DNA from: Intoshia linei
Taxonomy: Eukaryota > Animalia > Orthonectida
Assembly: GCA_001642005.1 (NCBI GenBank)
Contig: LWCA01000198.1
Span: 1 to 40,817 of the forward strand
DNA: 40,817 bases
Direction of reading: 5' to 3'
Below are positions 25,183 to 38,646 of this stretch, piece after piece. The translations under genes and the position numbers were made by a program. Position 1 is the first letter of the stretch, and every line of letters starts with the position of its first letter. The notes beneath the pieces are model-generated. The model was not told where the DNA came from, did not search any database, and was given only the letters and a program-made list of their open reading frames with translations.

Positions 25183-28100
25183 ATGAACGATTCTATACTC
25201 GATCTTGTAATGTTGATAATTTGTAAAAATTTTTATTATGTAGAACCGTAAATGTCAAGATAATTGGAATCGTTTTATTGTTAATGAAGGCGAGAATAAG
25301 CTAGTAATTTATATTATAATATATTGACTGTTATGTACATGTTACAAGCAGCAGGGTAGCCCTGCCGGGGACCCATTTTTTCATTGATTTAATTATATAA
25401 AATTAGTGTATAATTTTAAAAATAATCATAAAAAATCGTCATATAACATGAATTCCGAAAAAAATAAAATTTAAATACCTGTAATATATACTTTTTTCTT
25501 GTATCATGCTGCATGATTTGTGCATTTCGGTGAAGAAATGTTATCAACATTCAAATATTTCTCAAAATTATACTAAAAAAGTTATACTTAAGTTGATTCT
25601 AAATTTTTAAAAATAAGAAATAAAATAATTGCGTAGCAATGATAAAATACAATGAAGGAGTCAATTTATGAGATTAAAACCCATATTTCTGTATTTCAAA
25701 TATGTATACGGTCAAATCCTACAGTTTTTCACATTGTAGGATGAATATTTAAATTTTCTTTAATTTACATGTTAATTGAAAATTTTGAAAACTAATGGTT
25801 GATAATATATTAAAAGTTATTCTTGACCGAGAATTCGTAGACTTTTATGATTCAAAATTTTTGTCTAGATCAACTAGAATAAATTGTATCAGAAAATCTT
25901 GTTTTTTTAATTCTAGGACTTATTGAATATTTTTTGTGTAGGTTAATTAGAAATAACCATTAGCTGTGATTTTTTTTAAAATTCTACCACTTTTATTTTT
26001 TTAAAAGGGTAATCTGATGTTTTTATTGTTAAACGACAAGTTTTTGAGGTTGCATTGAAAATTTTTCTATTTCTTATGTGGTTCCATAAATTTTAAACTT
26101 TAAGAACCACTTATATACATGTAGTATATAAAATAGTATGTAAACAAATATGTAAGTAGTAATAGTAGTAGTAGTATGTAACAAATGTAGTCTAATTATT
26201 CATTTAGATATGCTGCTCATATCGTTATAATATATGCAAAATTGTTTCAAGTGTAATATTTTGTATCACAACCGGTCTCATACCTTTGATGCTTTTATTT
26301 TACATACAAAAACACTTATTTGTAAAGTTTACTTGTTCGATATGTGATAATAATGACGCCCATTTTATTATTTTAAAAGATGTTTACGGTAGGTACGGTG
26401 TAGCGACATGTATGAATTATTTTCATGATCTAAGGTGAATATATATTTGCAGTAATTATATAAAAAATTATTTAGTCCACCGAAAATGAACAATAAACGC
26501 AAATCAAAAGAAGGATTAGATACATTATTAGATGTAATTTATTTACATTATAATAATTTAAGTAATCATGTTATTCATTAGTTATTTTTTGTATATTTGA
26601 AAATTAGAAACGAATTACATTATTTTTTGACTACAGAAAAACCAGATATGTATTTGATGGAACAGACTACAAATTATTAGAGTACTTATGTTTATTATTT
26701 CATTTTATTAACGATTTAACTTTGTATATTTATAGAATGGAACCTTTTATGATTAGCGATCTTAACAAAAAAAAACCATTATCTTTAACAGAAACTAATG
26801 ATGGGTAATGCATTTATTGATGTACATTTTATTATATTCTAATTTAGTTTGTTTTTATTTCAACGGAATATCTTGCATATCGCACAGAATAATTGTTTTT
26901 ACATTTTTTTCAATGAGGTTGATTTATTTTAATTTTATTTAATGGGTATTTAGATATTTAATACTTTCTATGTTTTTCAGTTAGGATCAATTATATTGTG
27001 GAGTTTGGATGAATATTATTATTATGCCTCAGCTATTTTTATTATTGTTTCTATATCCGTTATACTTACACTATATGAAACCAAAATGGTATTATTCAGT
27101 TACCGGACATGCAGGGCAGTGGCGAGAGGGGATATAGGGTCATATGATCCGGCCTACAATCATGCGGGCCCTACCGTTTAAAGTTATTAATAGGTAATGT
27201 TGGAAAATTTTTTTAATATACCAAAATTTCGATAACCAATGCAATTTCCAAGGGTTATTTTTAATTTATAGATAATAAGCGATCGATTAAGCAATGCATA
27301 GAAATCCATTTTTTTGAAATTTTTTATAGGGCCAAAAATTTCTATCTAGCCCGGGCCTACTGCCGGCTCTCCACGGCCCTGGTACACGTGTTATATAAAT
27401 CAGCCATTTTCAATTTTTTTTATTTTTCATGGCCCATACTGTAATATAAAACTATAATTGGTGGTTCTCCAACTATGAACCAACGAGCCACTTTTTTTAG
27501 TTTTATAATTCTTTACTTATATAAAATTGAATGTATGTGTGTGTTGCCGTTTATTTAAAAATTAACCGTCGTAGAATTTAAAAAACGCAATTTCTAATAA
27601 TATTTTTCGCGGGTGATTTTTTATATCCAAGTTTAATTTTCCAAAATTGAGTCATTCAGGTAAAAAACCGAATTTTCCGTTTTTTAAAAAATAAAATCAG
27701 CCCTAAAATTTAAAAAAACATATATTTTGGGACGCGTTGGAAATTTATTTACATTTCGTAAATCTCAACCTCAGAAACTTACATCTTTATGGTCAAAACC
27801 AAAAATTACCATTTATTTAAAAATTATGAAAGCCCTAAAATTTTATAAACCATGAATCTGGTATAGATTTTATAATCATCAGGGCTGGCATTAATCGCAA
27901 CCTCAAAAAAGTGCTTTTTCACAATCAAAACCCAGATTACTTTTTTTTAAAAAATGGAAATAGACCTAGCATTTAAAAAAAATTACATCTGATACAGTTA
28001 TATCCAGAATATATACTCTCAAAAAATTTCAATCCTACACAGTGATGCATATTTTAATTAAATATTATAATATTAAATTCACGCTCAATAAAATCACTAT

Positions 28101-31100
28101 TTGTTACTTGTATTTATTTTTTTATTTGGAAACCATTTTAAACAAAAAATTTGACATACAAGTACAAGTATAATTAACAGTGTAATGTAAATTAAATTTT
28201 TTATTTCGATATTTTAGAATGTAACTATGATTTGATTGTTTTTTTAGCATCATACAATTACATGGTACACTCATTGTTTAATGACTGAAAAATTCGATCC
28301 TTAACAGAGCTAGCTGCTGTTTGCACAAAGTACATAACAGTCATGCTAATTTTTGAGAAAAAATGTTATAAAATCTAAAATTTTATTTTGACGTTTAGGG
28401 TCCACGTGGGCGTATTGATAATGGCTGAGATATATTAGTGAATGAATTTTATTAAATTGTTATAATTTTTTCACTAATTGCTACTTTATAGCAAAAGGAT
28501 AAAATTTCAAAAATGTGTGAACAAAAAGAGTTTTTTGTTGATGTTATGATATCTAATGGAGGTTTTTAATTTTTAATTTTTAATTACAATTATATAATAT
28601 TATTATATTTCAGATATTGTGCAAAAAAGTGCACAAACCCTAGTTCCTGGGATGATATTCTACTTACCTTTGAACGATTACGACATGTTTTGTGATGCAA
28701 TTTTGTTGACCGGTAGTGTTCTCGTGGATGAATCATTCTTAACTGGTATATTTTTAATGAGAATTCTTAAACCTAACTATTTTTACTTAAATCCAACCAT
28801 TTTTACTAAAAATCCACTTTTACCACCCTAAAAAGGAAAAATTCCAGTTTTACTAACCCTAAAAAGAAAAATTCGGTTTTAAAACCCCTTTAAAGAAAAT
28901 TCCAAAATTGGGATTTTTCCAGAATAAATGAGCTAGAACTGAGTTTCAAAATACAAAATGTACTCAAAAACATGGTAAACCCATCAAGGACAGAGAACCA
29001 TATAAACAAACCAAAAACTGACATTATATCAATTAAACTTCTTGTATCTTTTTATTTATTTATTTTGTTACATCTATTTATTTTTTTGCATTAATTTTAA
29101 TCATTACATTTTGGGAAGGAAAATATTAACCGATTTTAAAAAAAATTTGTATAAATTTTTAAAATGAAAAACAGGCATTGATGTACGAAAAGCTTTTTCT
29201 AATGAAAAAATTTCCTAGTGCACTTATGTGCAGTGCACATTGTGTATAATATGGATTCCATGTATACCAATTAAAAAAGATTGAATTCTCTGACCATGGT
29301 TTAATCCGACTGTTAAAATACTTTCATCTTTATTTAATTTACGTTATCAAAATAACAAAATTATAAATACTGTTGTGATTATAAATACAATACAAAATTG
29401 TATTGTATGTAAAATTTTATCCAATTAAGTATCTGTATTTATTGTAAGATTTTATTTGTAACTTTTTACAATAAACAATGTAGGCGAAACATTACCTGTA
29501 ACGAAACTAGCTGTAAATTTTCACAATAATGAAATATACAATTCAACAAAGCACAAAATAAATACAGTGTATGCTGGAACACATGTGGTTCAAACTCGCT
29601 ATTATTATAAACAAAAAGTTAAGGCTATGGTTGTAAATACAGGTAATTTTAAAAAATATTAATAGCTAAATTATTTGATACGGTGAACATTCAGTTGAGC
29701 GATGTATTGTTAGAGCGATATAATCATCAATTTTGTTAATTAATCATAATATTGATTTTTTGAAAATATCTTAGTGCTTTCTTTAATGACAATGACCAAA
29801 ATTTTGTAGTGTTTTTAAAAGAATATTTTTTTCTACAATATTTTAAAGATTTTGAAGATAATTTTGGGACTAAAATTTCGTAGGGTTTTTAAGGGAACAT
29901 TCTTTTCTGTCATTTATTAACACTCTCACATTCATGAACTCCATATGCAGTTTGGAATGTAAACTTCAAATTGACGCTAATTATTTAAACAAACAAACTT
30001 TTTACAAACATATGAATTTTCGGTGCACGTTAATAATCGCGATGTTAATATCCCTTTAAAACCCTAAAAATTTTAGTTCTAAAATTATCTTCAAAATCTT
30101 TAAAATATGGTAGAAAAAAATATTCCCTTAAAACCCCTACGAAATTTTGGTTACGAAATTATGAATATAAGATAATAAAAATAATAATAAAGAAACCCGC
30201 TAAAATCAATTTCTCAATAAAAATTAGTAAAATCGATGATTATGTCAATCTACGATGTGTCGATCCAACAATACATGGCTCAAACGAATATCGCTCAAAT
30301 GTATGTCGTTCCAGAGAATAAACGTCTTTGAGACTGTACGACAGTGCTTTTCAACCGATGTGTTACGACACATTTATGTGTCGCCAAACTTTTTAAAATT
30401 TTTTAATTTTTTTTTTAAAATTTGTAAAATATTAACAATAATAATGTAAATATTATAGTGTGACTCAATAAAATTTTTACATAACTAAAATAGCGTTATT
30501 TTTCACTAAATTTCATTAAATGCATCACCAAAATGATTATTTTACAGTCAAAATCAATAAATGAAACATCAAATTAGTCATCAAATATACCTTTTAATAT
30601 AGTTCACGCACATTTTTGAAATAATGAAAAAATAATTTAAATTTCGTTTATACAAATATTATTTTATGTTATATAAAGATATTAAAAGAAGTTTATCCAA
30701 TCAATCACAAATCCCTCATTAATTTTGTAATTTATTAGATATAAACATTTATTATACATGTATTTGAAATGATCTCATTATTTTTGTATATTTTTACTTT
30801 TATTCACACTTCTTTCAATTTATACATTTTTACATACAAAAATTATTGTTGAAATTGATTTTATCGGAAAAAAATAAGTGACAGCCGTTTCATATTACAT
30901 TTACATTATGTCTATTTTAGGATTCAACACCGTAAAGGGATCACTTATTCGATCAATTTTATACCCAAAACCTTTAAATAAACATTACTATAATGAAAGT
31001 GTCAAGTTTCTTGCGGCTTTATCAGTATTTGGATTGTTAGGGATGATTTACAGCGTCGTTTTACTTTATAAAAATAAAGTATGATAATATCAATATGTAT

Positions 31101-34100
31101 TGATTTTATTAAAGGTAGACACTGCAACGATATTTATTCGTGTATTGGACATTATTACTATAATAGGTTATTATTATTATATAAATTTATGGTTTATAAT
31201 GTATAATAATAAATATATTTAGTCCCTCCAGCTTTACCAGCTGCCATGACAGTTGGATTTGTATACGCTCAGAAAAGATTGAAACGACAGAAAATTTTTT
31301 GCAATAGCCCCCAATACATTAGTTTTGCCGGTTTAATTGATTTAGCTTGTTTTGATAAAACTGGAACATTAACAGAAAACGAGTTATCTGTAACGGATGT
31401 TATCACACTTGATAATAATGGGTTTGTTAATTTCATTTCCATTGTGAGTGAAACTGAAAAAATTTAGTGAATTATTATCAACACTTACAAAAATATACAG
31501 TTTACAACAAAATTGCTCAATTAGAAAGTGTTTAGCAACAGCTCATATGCTCACTGAAATTAATGGGGCCATTTCCGGTGATCCTTTGGATATAGCCATG
31601 TTTCGCGCTACAGGATGGGTATTTTTCAAATTTAATATAAATGAAAATTATTGAGGCATTCTCAGTGATGGTGAAATTTTCCGTTATATTTTAATTTATT
31701 TAGACATTAGAAGAAACTAAAGAGGATAACGAAAAATATGATGATTTGATTCCGGTCATTGTAAGATCAAAGGTAAATAAAATAAATTGTAGAAATATTA
31801 AACCAACACTGTTGGTACATAATAAAATGTATAATTTAGTCTAATGACGAATATGGCATTATGAGATACCTACCTTTCGATTCTTCCATTCAAATGATGA
31901 GTGTAATAACTAGTGCATTTGATAATCAAGAAATTATGTTATACTCTAAAGGAGCCCCAGAAAAACTTGTCAAATTATGTACACATATACCAAATAATTT
32001 TTCAGAGATATTGGAAAGATATACTCGAATTGGGTTTCGAGTATTGGCGTTAGCGTCGAGAAAACTAAATCTCAAGTGGCATTCTTTAATTCACATCAAC
32101 AGATCGGAATTGGAGAAAAATTTTAAATTTGAAGGACTTTTATTAACTATAAATAGATTAAAAGATAACGTACACGTTATTATTGACACTTTAGAAAAAT
32201 CAAATATTTTAACTGTAATGTCTACAGGGGATAATATAAATACTGCCATTTGCGTGGCTAAACAATCGCATATAATATGTGATCCATCCAATGTTGTTCA
32301 CATTTCTCAGAATAAGCATAGAGAATTAATAGTCAATTTTGAATATGCTTTGGAAAAACATGCCAAATCAAATGTATTAATACTCTTATTGGATATTTTC
32401 ATGCATAATTATGAGGTATAAATATCATAGCTTATTTAATAAGCTTTTTACAATGAAAATATAGAATTTGAGTTTTTATGGATTTGATTCTACATCCAGT
32501 ATTGTTATGAATGGGAACATTTTTGAACTATTGAAAACACAACATTTTATTTTTCTAAAACGGGTAATTTTTTTCAGATATTAATTACATTGTCAAGATT
32601 TATGTTTAAATATTTTAGATCATTAAATTGTGTAAAGTATTTGCGCGAATGTCACCAAATGACAAAACAGCGTTGATTGATACTTATCAAAAATGTGGGT
32701 AATTCTATTCAGTCCGAAGATCCTTTTTGGTTTTTGCGGTTTACACAATGTTAATTTCGTTGTAATATAGCAATGTCTCATATATTGTCTATGAATCATA
32801 ATAAATTTAAGATATCAGTTAAAAGTTTGGTATATTTTTATTTAGTTTAACCGTCTCAATGTGTGGAGATGGGGCAAATGATTGTGGCGCTATGAAAATT
32901 GCAGATATTGGAATTTCATTAAGCAAATCTGAATCATGTTTTGCTGCTCCTTTCACGTGCACTGATTCTGGCATCGATTGTATCGTAACCTTGATCAAAG
33001 AAGGTCGATGTGCTTTAGTTACATCTTATGGAATATTGAAATACATGTCTTTCTATAGTATAACACAATTTACTACCGTTTTAATTTTATATTCGGTAAT
33101 TTAAATATTATTAGCTTGTCCATATTGTTCTATCTATAAACAGTACATGGTTTTATTAGTCTGATATAATATATTAATATATAATTTCCTTTTTTAAATT
33201 TTATTCTTTAAAAATAAAGCATTAACTATATAATTATATTAATGACTAAAAATGTAAATATCAGAAACAACAATTGACTAAAAAAGTCTTAACGTTTAAA
33301 ATTTAAATGTACAATATTGTATTTAGAACAATAATAACCTTACAGATGGAATGTTTTTATATATAGATCTTATTATTACCAGTATTGCAACTCTATTCAG
33401 TAATATCTTTTACATTTATTTAAACTATTTATATTAATTTATTTTAAATATTATAAGGTCATTTTAGTGAGCAATACACCAGCTTACAATAAAATAGTCA
33501 CAAAAAAACCTTATTCTATTTTAAAAATAAAAACGATTATGGCCATGTTGATGCAAATATTTTTGCTAGTTTCTTTTCAAATTTTGGTATTTGAATATCT
33601 AAAAAGTCAACCATGGTAATTTTCCGTAAAATATTTTAAATGAGGTGACGCGGTTAGTTTTCTATAAAGGGAAACCACCGTATCCCTCCACTAATGAAAT
33701 CATCAATGTGTAACTATTACAAAAATAGACATTTTTTAATTTTAAGTGAAGGGAAATTGAAGATCATTATCTTTATATTTTAAATGTTCTTTCAGGTATA
33801 TCAATGATAACACCGATTCCAGATTACTATCTTATGATAACTACATATTATTCGTTTTTTCTTGCTTTCAATATATTATTGGAGTTTTTACATATTCTAA
33901 AGGACCACCGTAATATTATACCTTCAATAAGATATAATTCTTTATAAATATACATTTATCTTACAGAATTTCAAATATTGGTTTATTCTGCATGTACTTT
34001 GTACTTGCCTTGAATAAAACTGTTTTTAAGAAAAATTTTATATTACAAGGAATTTAACTGTTAAAGTTAAATTTGAACATATAATTTAGATATAGAAAAA

Positions 34101-34508
34101 GAATGTGGAACAATAGTAAGTATATTTTATATAATATTATATATTTATATAATAATATTTAAACTTGTCGTCATGGCAAATGTGCACTGCGCTAGTGTAT
34201 TCGATACCTGATATAATATATTGCGATATAATTGTAAGAATTTTAGAAACTTTAACAATATGTTTAACGATTTTAATGGGAATTAACGTGTACTTTTTAT
34301 CAAACGGAACAAGCAACTGGTTTACAAATTGGATGCAGGTATATTTTAATAGAATGAAATAAAAAATTTTTAGTTCAAAATAGTACCTAGTATTACATTT
34401 CGGCATTCCTTATTGGCTATTGCATTTGTCCAGTTTTGTGCATCGTACATGATAGAGGTAAAAAATATAATAACATTTTTATTAAAAATTTAGTATGTTT
34501 TGGATTAA
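25183..34508 (+). CDS. ATP13A: P5B-type ATPase (ATP13A2-5 family, probable polyamine transporter), more than 20 exons
   Basis: Motifs: [14 protein letters not shown] (split by an intron), [19 protein letters not shown]5B TM4 VPPALPAAM, phosphorylation site [47 protein letters not shown]. The terminal exons are inferred from minimal introns. Confidence 0.93.
25780..26060 (-). mobile_element. Helitron-family internal fragment in an ATP13A intron
   Basis: tgaccgagaa.., ctaggact.., aaagggtaatctg.. and tttttgaggttgc match the family repeat unit. Confidence 0.65.
27112..27381. mobile_element. hAT MITE (CAGGGCCG type)
   Basis: TIRs cagggcagtggcgag and ctctccacggccctg with GC-rich GGGCCC subterminal motifs. 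TSD not clear. Confidence 0.75.
27401..28427. mobile_element. hAT MITE hosting nested insertions
   Basis: TIRs cagccattttcaat and attgataatggctg; TSD atataaat / agatatat (6/8). Confidence 0.72.
27510..28349 (+). mobile_element. Near full-length non-autonomous Helitron with internal ~131-bp tandem repeats
   Basis: 5' end TCtttacttatataaa..gtatgtgtgtgtt. Repeat anchors agccctaaaatt/agacctagcatt at 27699, 27831 and 27962. 3' hairpin ctgtttgcac-aaa-gtacataacag followed by tcatgCTAA|T. Confidence 0.78.
28775..28925. repeat. Degenerate ~29-bp minisatellite, probably a transposon subterminal array
   Basis: The unit ttttacYaMccctaaaaagRaaaatt is repeated about three times, with shorter ttttact precursors. 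Confidence 0.6.
29681..30312. mobile_element. Foldback/MULE-like element with long inverted arms
   Basis: Arms 29795-29901 and 30047-30151 are reverse complements. The outer arms also pair (ttgagcga / tcgctcaa) and have 15-bp periodic units. Confidence 0.8.
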
Positions 34509-34509
34509 T

Positions 34510-37500
34510 TTATTTGTAAATAAAAGAAATTAATTTATGAAATTCTGAATTGTCATTAAATCCATGTAATTTAGTTTTGTGGCAATAGACGCAAGTATTT
34601 TTGGTATTTTTTTCTTTGTTTTTTGGTTTAGAGGGCTTTTTTATTTTAGGTTTATTAATAACTTTCTCTTGAGGTACCTCCATAAGTTTTAATAAATTGA
34701 TTCCATTAGGAGGTGGCAATCGGTAATTCATTTTTACCCATGATATTCCAGGTAAATCATTCAATTTTTTAAAAGTAAATTCATTTTTATCATCCAGATC
34801 TATATGATTTGTTGTAGTTTCGTTTTCAAAATAATCTGTAATGTTTGAAGTGCATGTGCTTAGAACGCCTTCGACTGAAGTAATTTCGCACACATTTTCC
34901 GTGTTTTCATTTTTGTAGATAATGGTGCATGGTTCAATTGGAACATGTTTAACGGTATTATCAACAAGTTTGGGATTTATATTTAATTTTTGTACAATAA
35001 TACTATCCGCATCGACATAATCCTTCATTTTTGTAATTATAAATTCATCTAAAAATATTTCATTCAAGTAATATTTATTCATACCATCTTTAATATTAGC
35101 AAAATTAATAATTTTATCTTCCGAGTATTTTTGTATATTATCGAGTTCCTCTGTACCAGATATAAATGAAATACTAACACCCTTTGAACCTAAATTAATA
35201 TATAAAAAGAAAAAGTAAATTTACCAAAACGTCCAGCACGGCCGATTCGATGAAGGTAAACTTCTTTTGTTTCGGGTATATCAATATTTACAACAAGATT
35301 TACTGTATTGATATCAATCCCACGTGATGTCTATATAAAAATAATTTTTTTAATTACTGGGAAATAAGTTTCGCTGTGAAATTATAATAGGTAATGCAAG
35401 CTAAGAGTTAAAATTTTGTACAATGTACGATATGAAAGGATCATGATTCACTATTGTATGTAATACTCTTATAGTATGGAGTCAGTCTATAAAAGGAGAA
35501 TATTAATCGAAAACCAAAAATACACATTTAATTATGTGACTTGATACAATAAAATAATGAGTCATAATGAAAAAACTAGAGGTGGACAAAGTGTGGCCTT
35601 ATTAAATCGTTGGATGCGACTTTCAAAATATTTTTTTGGTTATGTTACATTTTTATGCAATATAGCCATTAATTACATCAATGTGTATAAATGTGTTATC
35701 GATGGTCAAAGTAAACGGTCGTTTTTAACAAAAAAATCAAAGTTAATTTTCATAATATGTCTCATTAACAACAAAATACTTCCAAAGAATATCTGAATAA
35801 GTGATGGGGGGATTAATAGACATCGTTCATGTCAATTAGTTTGATCAGTCATAAATTTGATCAATTCATCGCTCGATGAATATAATATAATAGAAGATTC
35901 ACAGCTATGCTATTATAAAATTTAATTTTTATTAAATGCCAAAGTTGGAATAATATAAGGACCATTTTTATATATATTTCAAAAATTTAGTCAAGTCCGC
36001 GAGGAGGGCATCAGTAAGGTAAATTCAACTCTACTCAAATCTAATTAATAATAATATATGCGACAATACTTTCAACATTAAACACTTCCCCACCTCTGGA
36101 TTAAACGTTGTCAGTTTAGATTCATAATTACCAAATCAGTCGACACAAGCAAATTGCACCCATTCAAATTTCTAAAATTATCAATAATTTTTTTTCTGAT
36201 ATCTTGTTTCAATCTAGCATTAATGTAATCTACTTTCAAGCGACGAGCAATTAACATTTTACATATAGTTTCAGTCCTAAAAAATGACTCTTAATAATTA
36301 TCGTATAATATACTATATAGTTATTTTAAGTGATACATCGACTTTAAAAGGTATTTTAGAATTTTTTTTGCAAATTATAATATTTTTTATCGCAGGTTAA
36401 AAGTATAGATATAATACCTAAGTTGAGAATTTGAAAATATGATACACTTATTATATTGTACACGTTTTAATATATTTTCTAATTTTTCCATGTCATGTTG
36501 CAACTTGGCAACAGTCGAATTAAATTTCTCGGAAATTATATAATACTGAGATATGCCTAAAAATATAATAATATATACATCGGAAAATAAAATAAAACCT
36601 AATAAGCATTGTTCGTTTAAATTGAGACAAACGTGTAATGTGTCTTTACTCATGTATTCCTCTATTGAAGACATTAGATGACCCGGAAATGTCGCAGATA
36701 CCATAACCATTTGTCTATCCAAAGACAAGCACGACAATATGTATCTAAAAATTAAATTATTCTCATCAATAATTAAATTACACCACATTAACCAATAAAT
36801 CTTCAAATAGCTTATCAGCTTCATCCAAAACTAAAATCTTAACAGAATCCGCATTCAGATGTCCATCTTTCATCAAATGATAAATTCTACCTACATTTAT
36901 AATAAACAACGATATTTGTACAATAATCCAGCAATATATGTGCGCAAAGCGCAAAGGTGGCTTCCAACTCTTCGAAAAAATTTTCAACGAAAATTTATTT
37001 TGTTAAGATAGAGAGACTACGCAATCAAAATATCTAGCGTGACCCACTTTACGATTACTGCATTAAAGTGACCCCAAAATTGATATGTTGAATATTATTC
37101 TTTTATTCATAACAACACCGGAAGCCAGTGAAAAAATGAATAATCCGTAATTCCAAATTGGAACCAAATATACATAATTGTATTGTAATTCTACATACCC
37201 GGTGTTCCTATAGCTATCTGACAATTTTTGCATTTTTCAATATCTTTATTAACAGGTGTTCCGCCAATAAAATTAGCATATTTTAATTTTTTCATGTTTT
37301 TGGATAATAGTTTGATAACCTCGTAAATTTGAATAGCAATTTCTCTCACAGGTTCCACAATTACGGCCTAAAATTGATTATAATATTGGTTAAAAGAAAG
37401 TCATAACAAAATATCAAGGAAACTACAACGTTGGAACTGTTTTTGTTGGAGGTGTTTAAAATTTAAAAAAATGTATACTTTACTTATTTTCCTAATAAAA

Positions 37501-38477
37501 AAAATTGGGTCACACATAATTAAAAAAAGTATAAAATAAAATGAGCGTATTAATTTAACCAATTTATCGTAATCGTCCGTTATTATGAATCACTTTGACA
37601 CATCCATCGCTCTTAAAATATTTTTTCAAAATATTAGGTTGGTTAACCAAAAATTACCAACTAAAAATAAATTTCTGTTTTACGGAACTACTTAATTTTA
37701 AATAAAGTTAAGGATAAACCAGTACTTTATCTATTGTTTTAAATAAGGCAAACCTGTAAACGATTATCTTCAAGGTTAACAGATTCTAAAATGTGAAGTG
37801 CAAACACTAGTGTTTTACCGGTTCCAGCTTTGGCTTGAACAATTATGTCTAAATTTAAAAAAATTAATGTAAAATATCTTGATAATTACAAAATTTCTTT
37901 CACAACCCCTTTCAAAATTCCACAGTATTGAAACTAGGGCCTTGCTGGTTCGACTTAAATTGACAAACCCAGGACTAGTGTATCATTATCGGTAATTATT
38001 CTAGCCGGTTAGACACGAATTAAAAAAATTAATATACTACGTTTTAAAGATATTGAGGCGAAATAAAGGTTGAAAAGAAACATGAAAAAAATGATAGAAA
38101 TTTAAAAGAATTGGGCAAACCAAAGTCACGTTTGAACGATTGTATCCCGATGAAAACTATCAAAACAATACCTATAGACCAGTGTTTCCCAGCCTTTTTT
38201 ATGCTACGCCCCAATGAAAAAAAATTCGAGCGAATTTCAATAGTTTATAAATTTCAAATATTTTAATAAAAAAATCGTAGATGAATGTGACATTTTGATA
38301 AAATTGAATATTCCAATATAGTAAATTACCCTTGTGTTTTCGTATCAATGGAATGGCAGTAAATTGTATTGGAGAAGGGTTAAAAATTTTCATATGATGT
38401 AATTCTTTAATAATTTCCTTAGGTATATCCATTTCATTAAATGATTCATCTGTTATTACGTCTTGAGTTTTTTCCAT
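34510..38477 (-). CDS. DDX20: DEAD-box RNA helicase DDX20/Gemin3-like, multi-exon
   Basis: Q motif PSPIQ. Further motifs: [66 protein letters not shown], followed by a long divergent C-terminal tail typical of Gemin3. Confidence 0.85.
35577..36098. mobile_element. hAT MITE in a DDX20 intron
   Basis: TIRs tagaggtggacaaagtgt and acacttccccacctctg; TSD gaaaaaac / gattaaac (6/8). Confidence 0.65.
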
Positions 38478-38646
38478 TTAAAAAATTATTTAATAAAGTT
38501 GAAGATTAATTCAAATTATCTAAAGATAAAGATTGTGTCATATTTCGTAAATTATATTATTTATATCAATTGATATCCTGGAAACAACTGTTTGCTCAAT
38601 TGCTCGTTTGATCTCAATTTTATTTTATTAATTAAATTAAATTTTT
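38478..38646. promoter_or_regulatory. Putative compact bidirectional promoter (DDX20 / GCC1)
   Basis: Only 169 nt lie between the divergent ATGs; inferred from gene geometry alone. Confidence 0.5.

Noticed and set aside
21575-28349. CRISPR-like array interpretation of the recurring ~131-bp units
   Set aside because: Eukaryotic context, units are homologous along their whole length with no unique spacers, and there are no cas genes.
35557-35880. 79-aa ORF or intronic C/D snoRNA in a DDX20 intron
   Set aside because: It lies within a TIR/TSD-bounded hAT element, and there is no canonical C box plus D box with a terminal stem.
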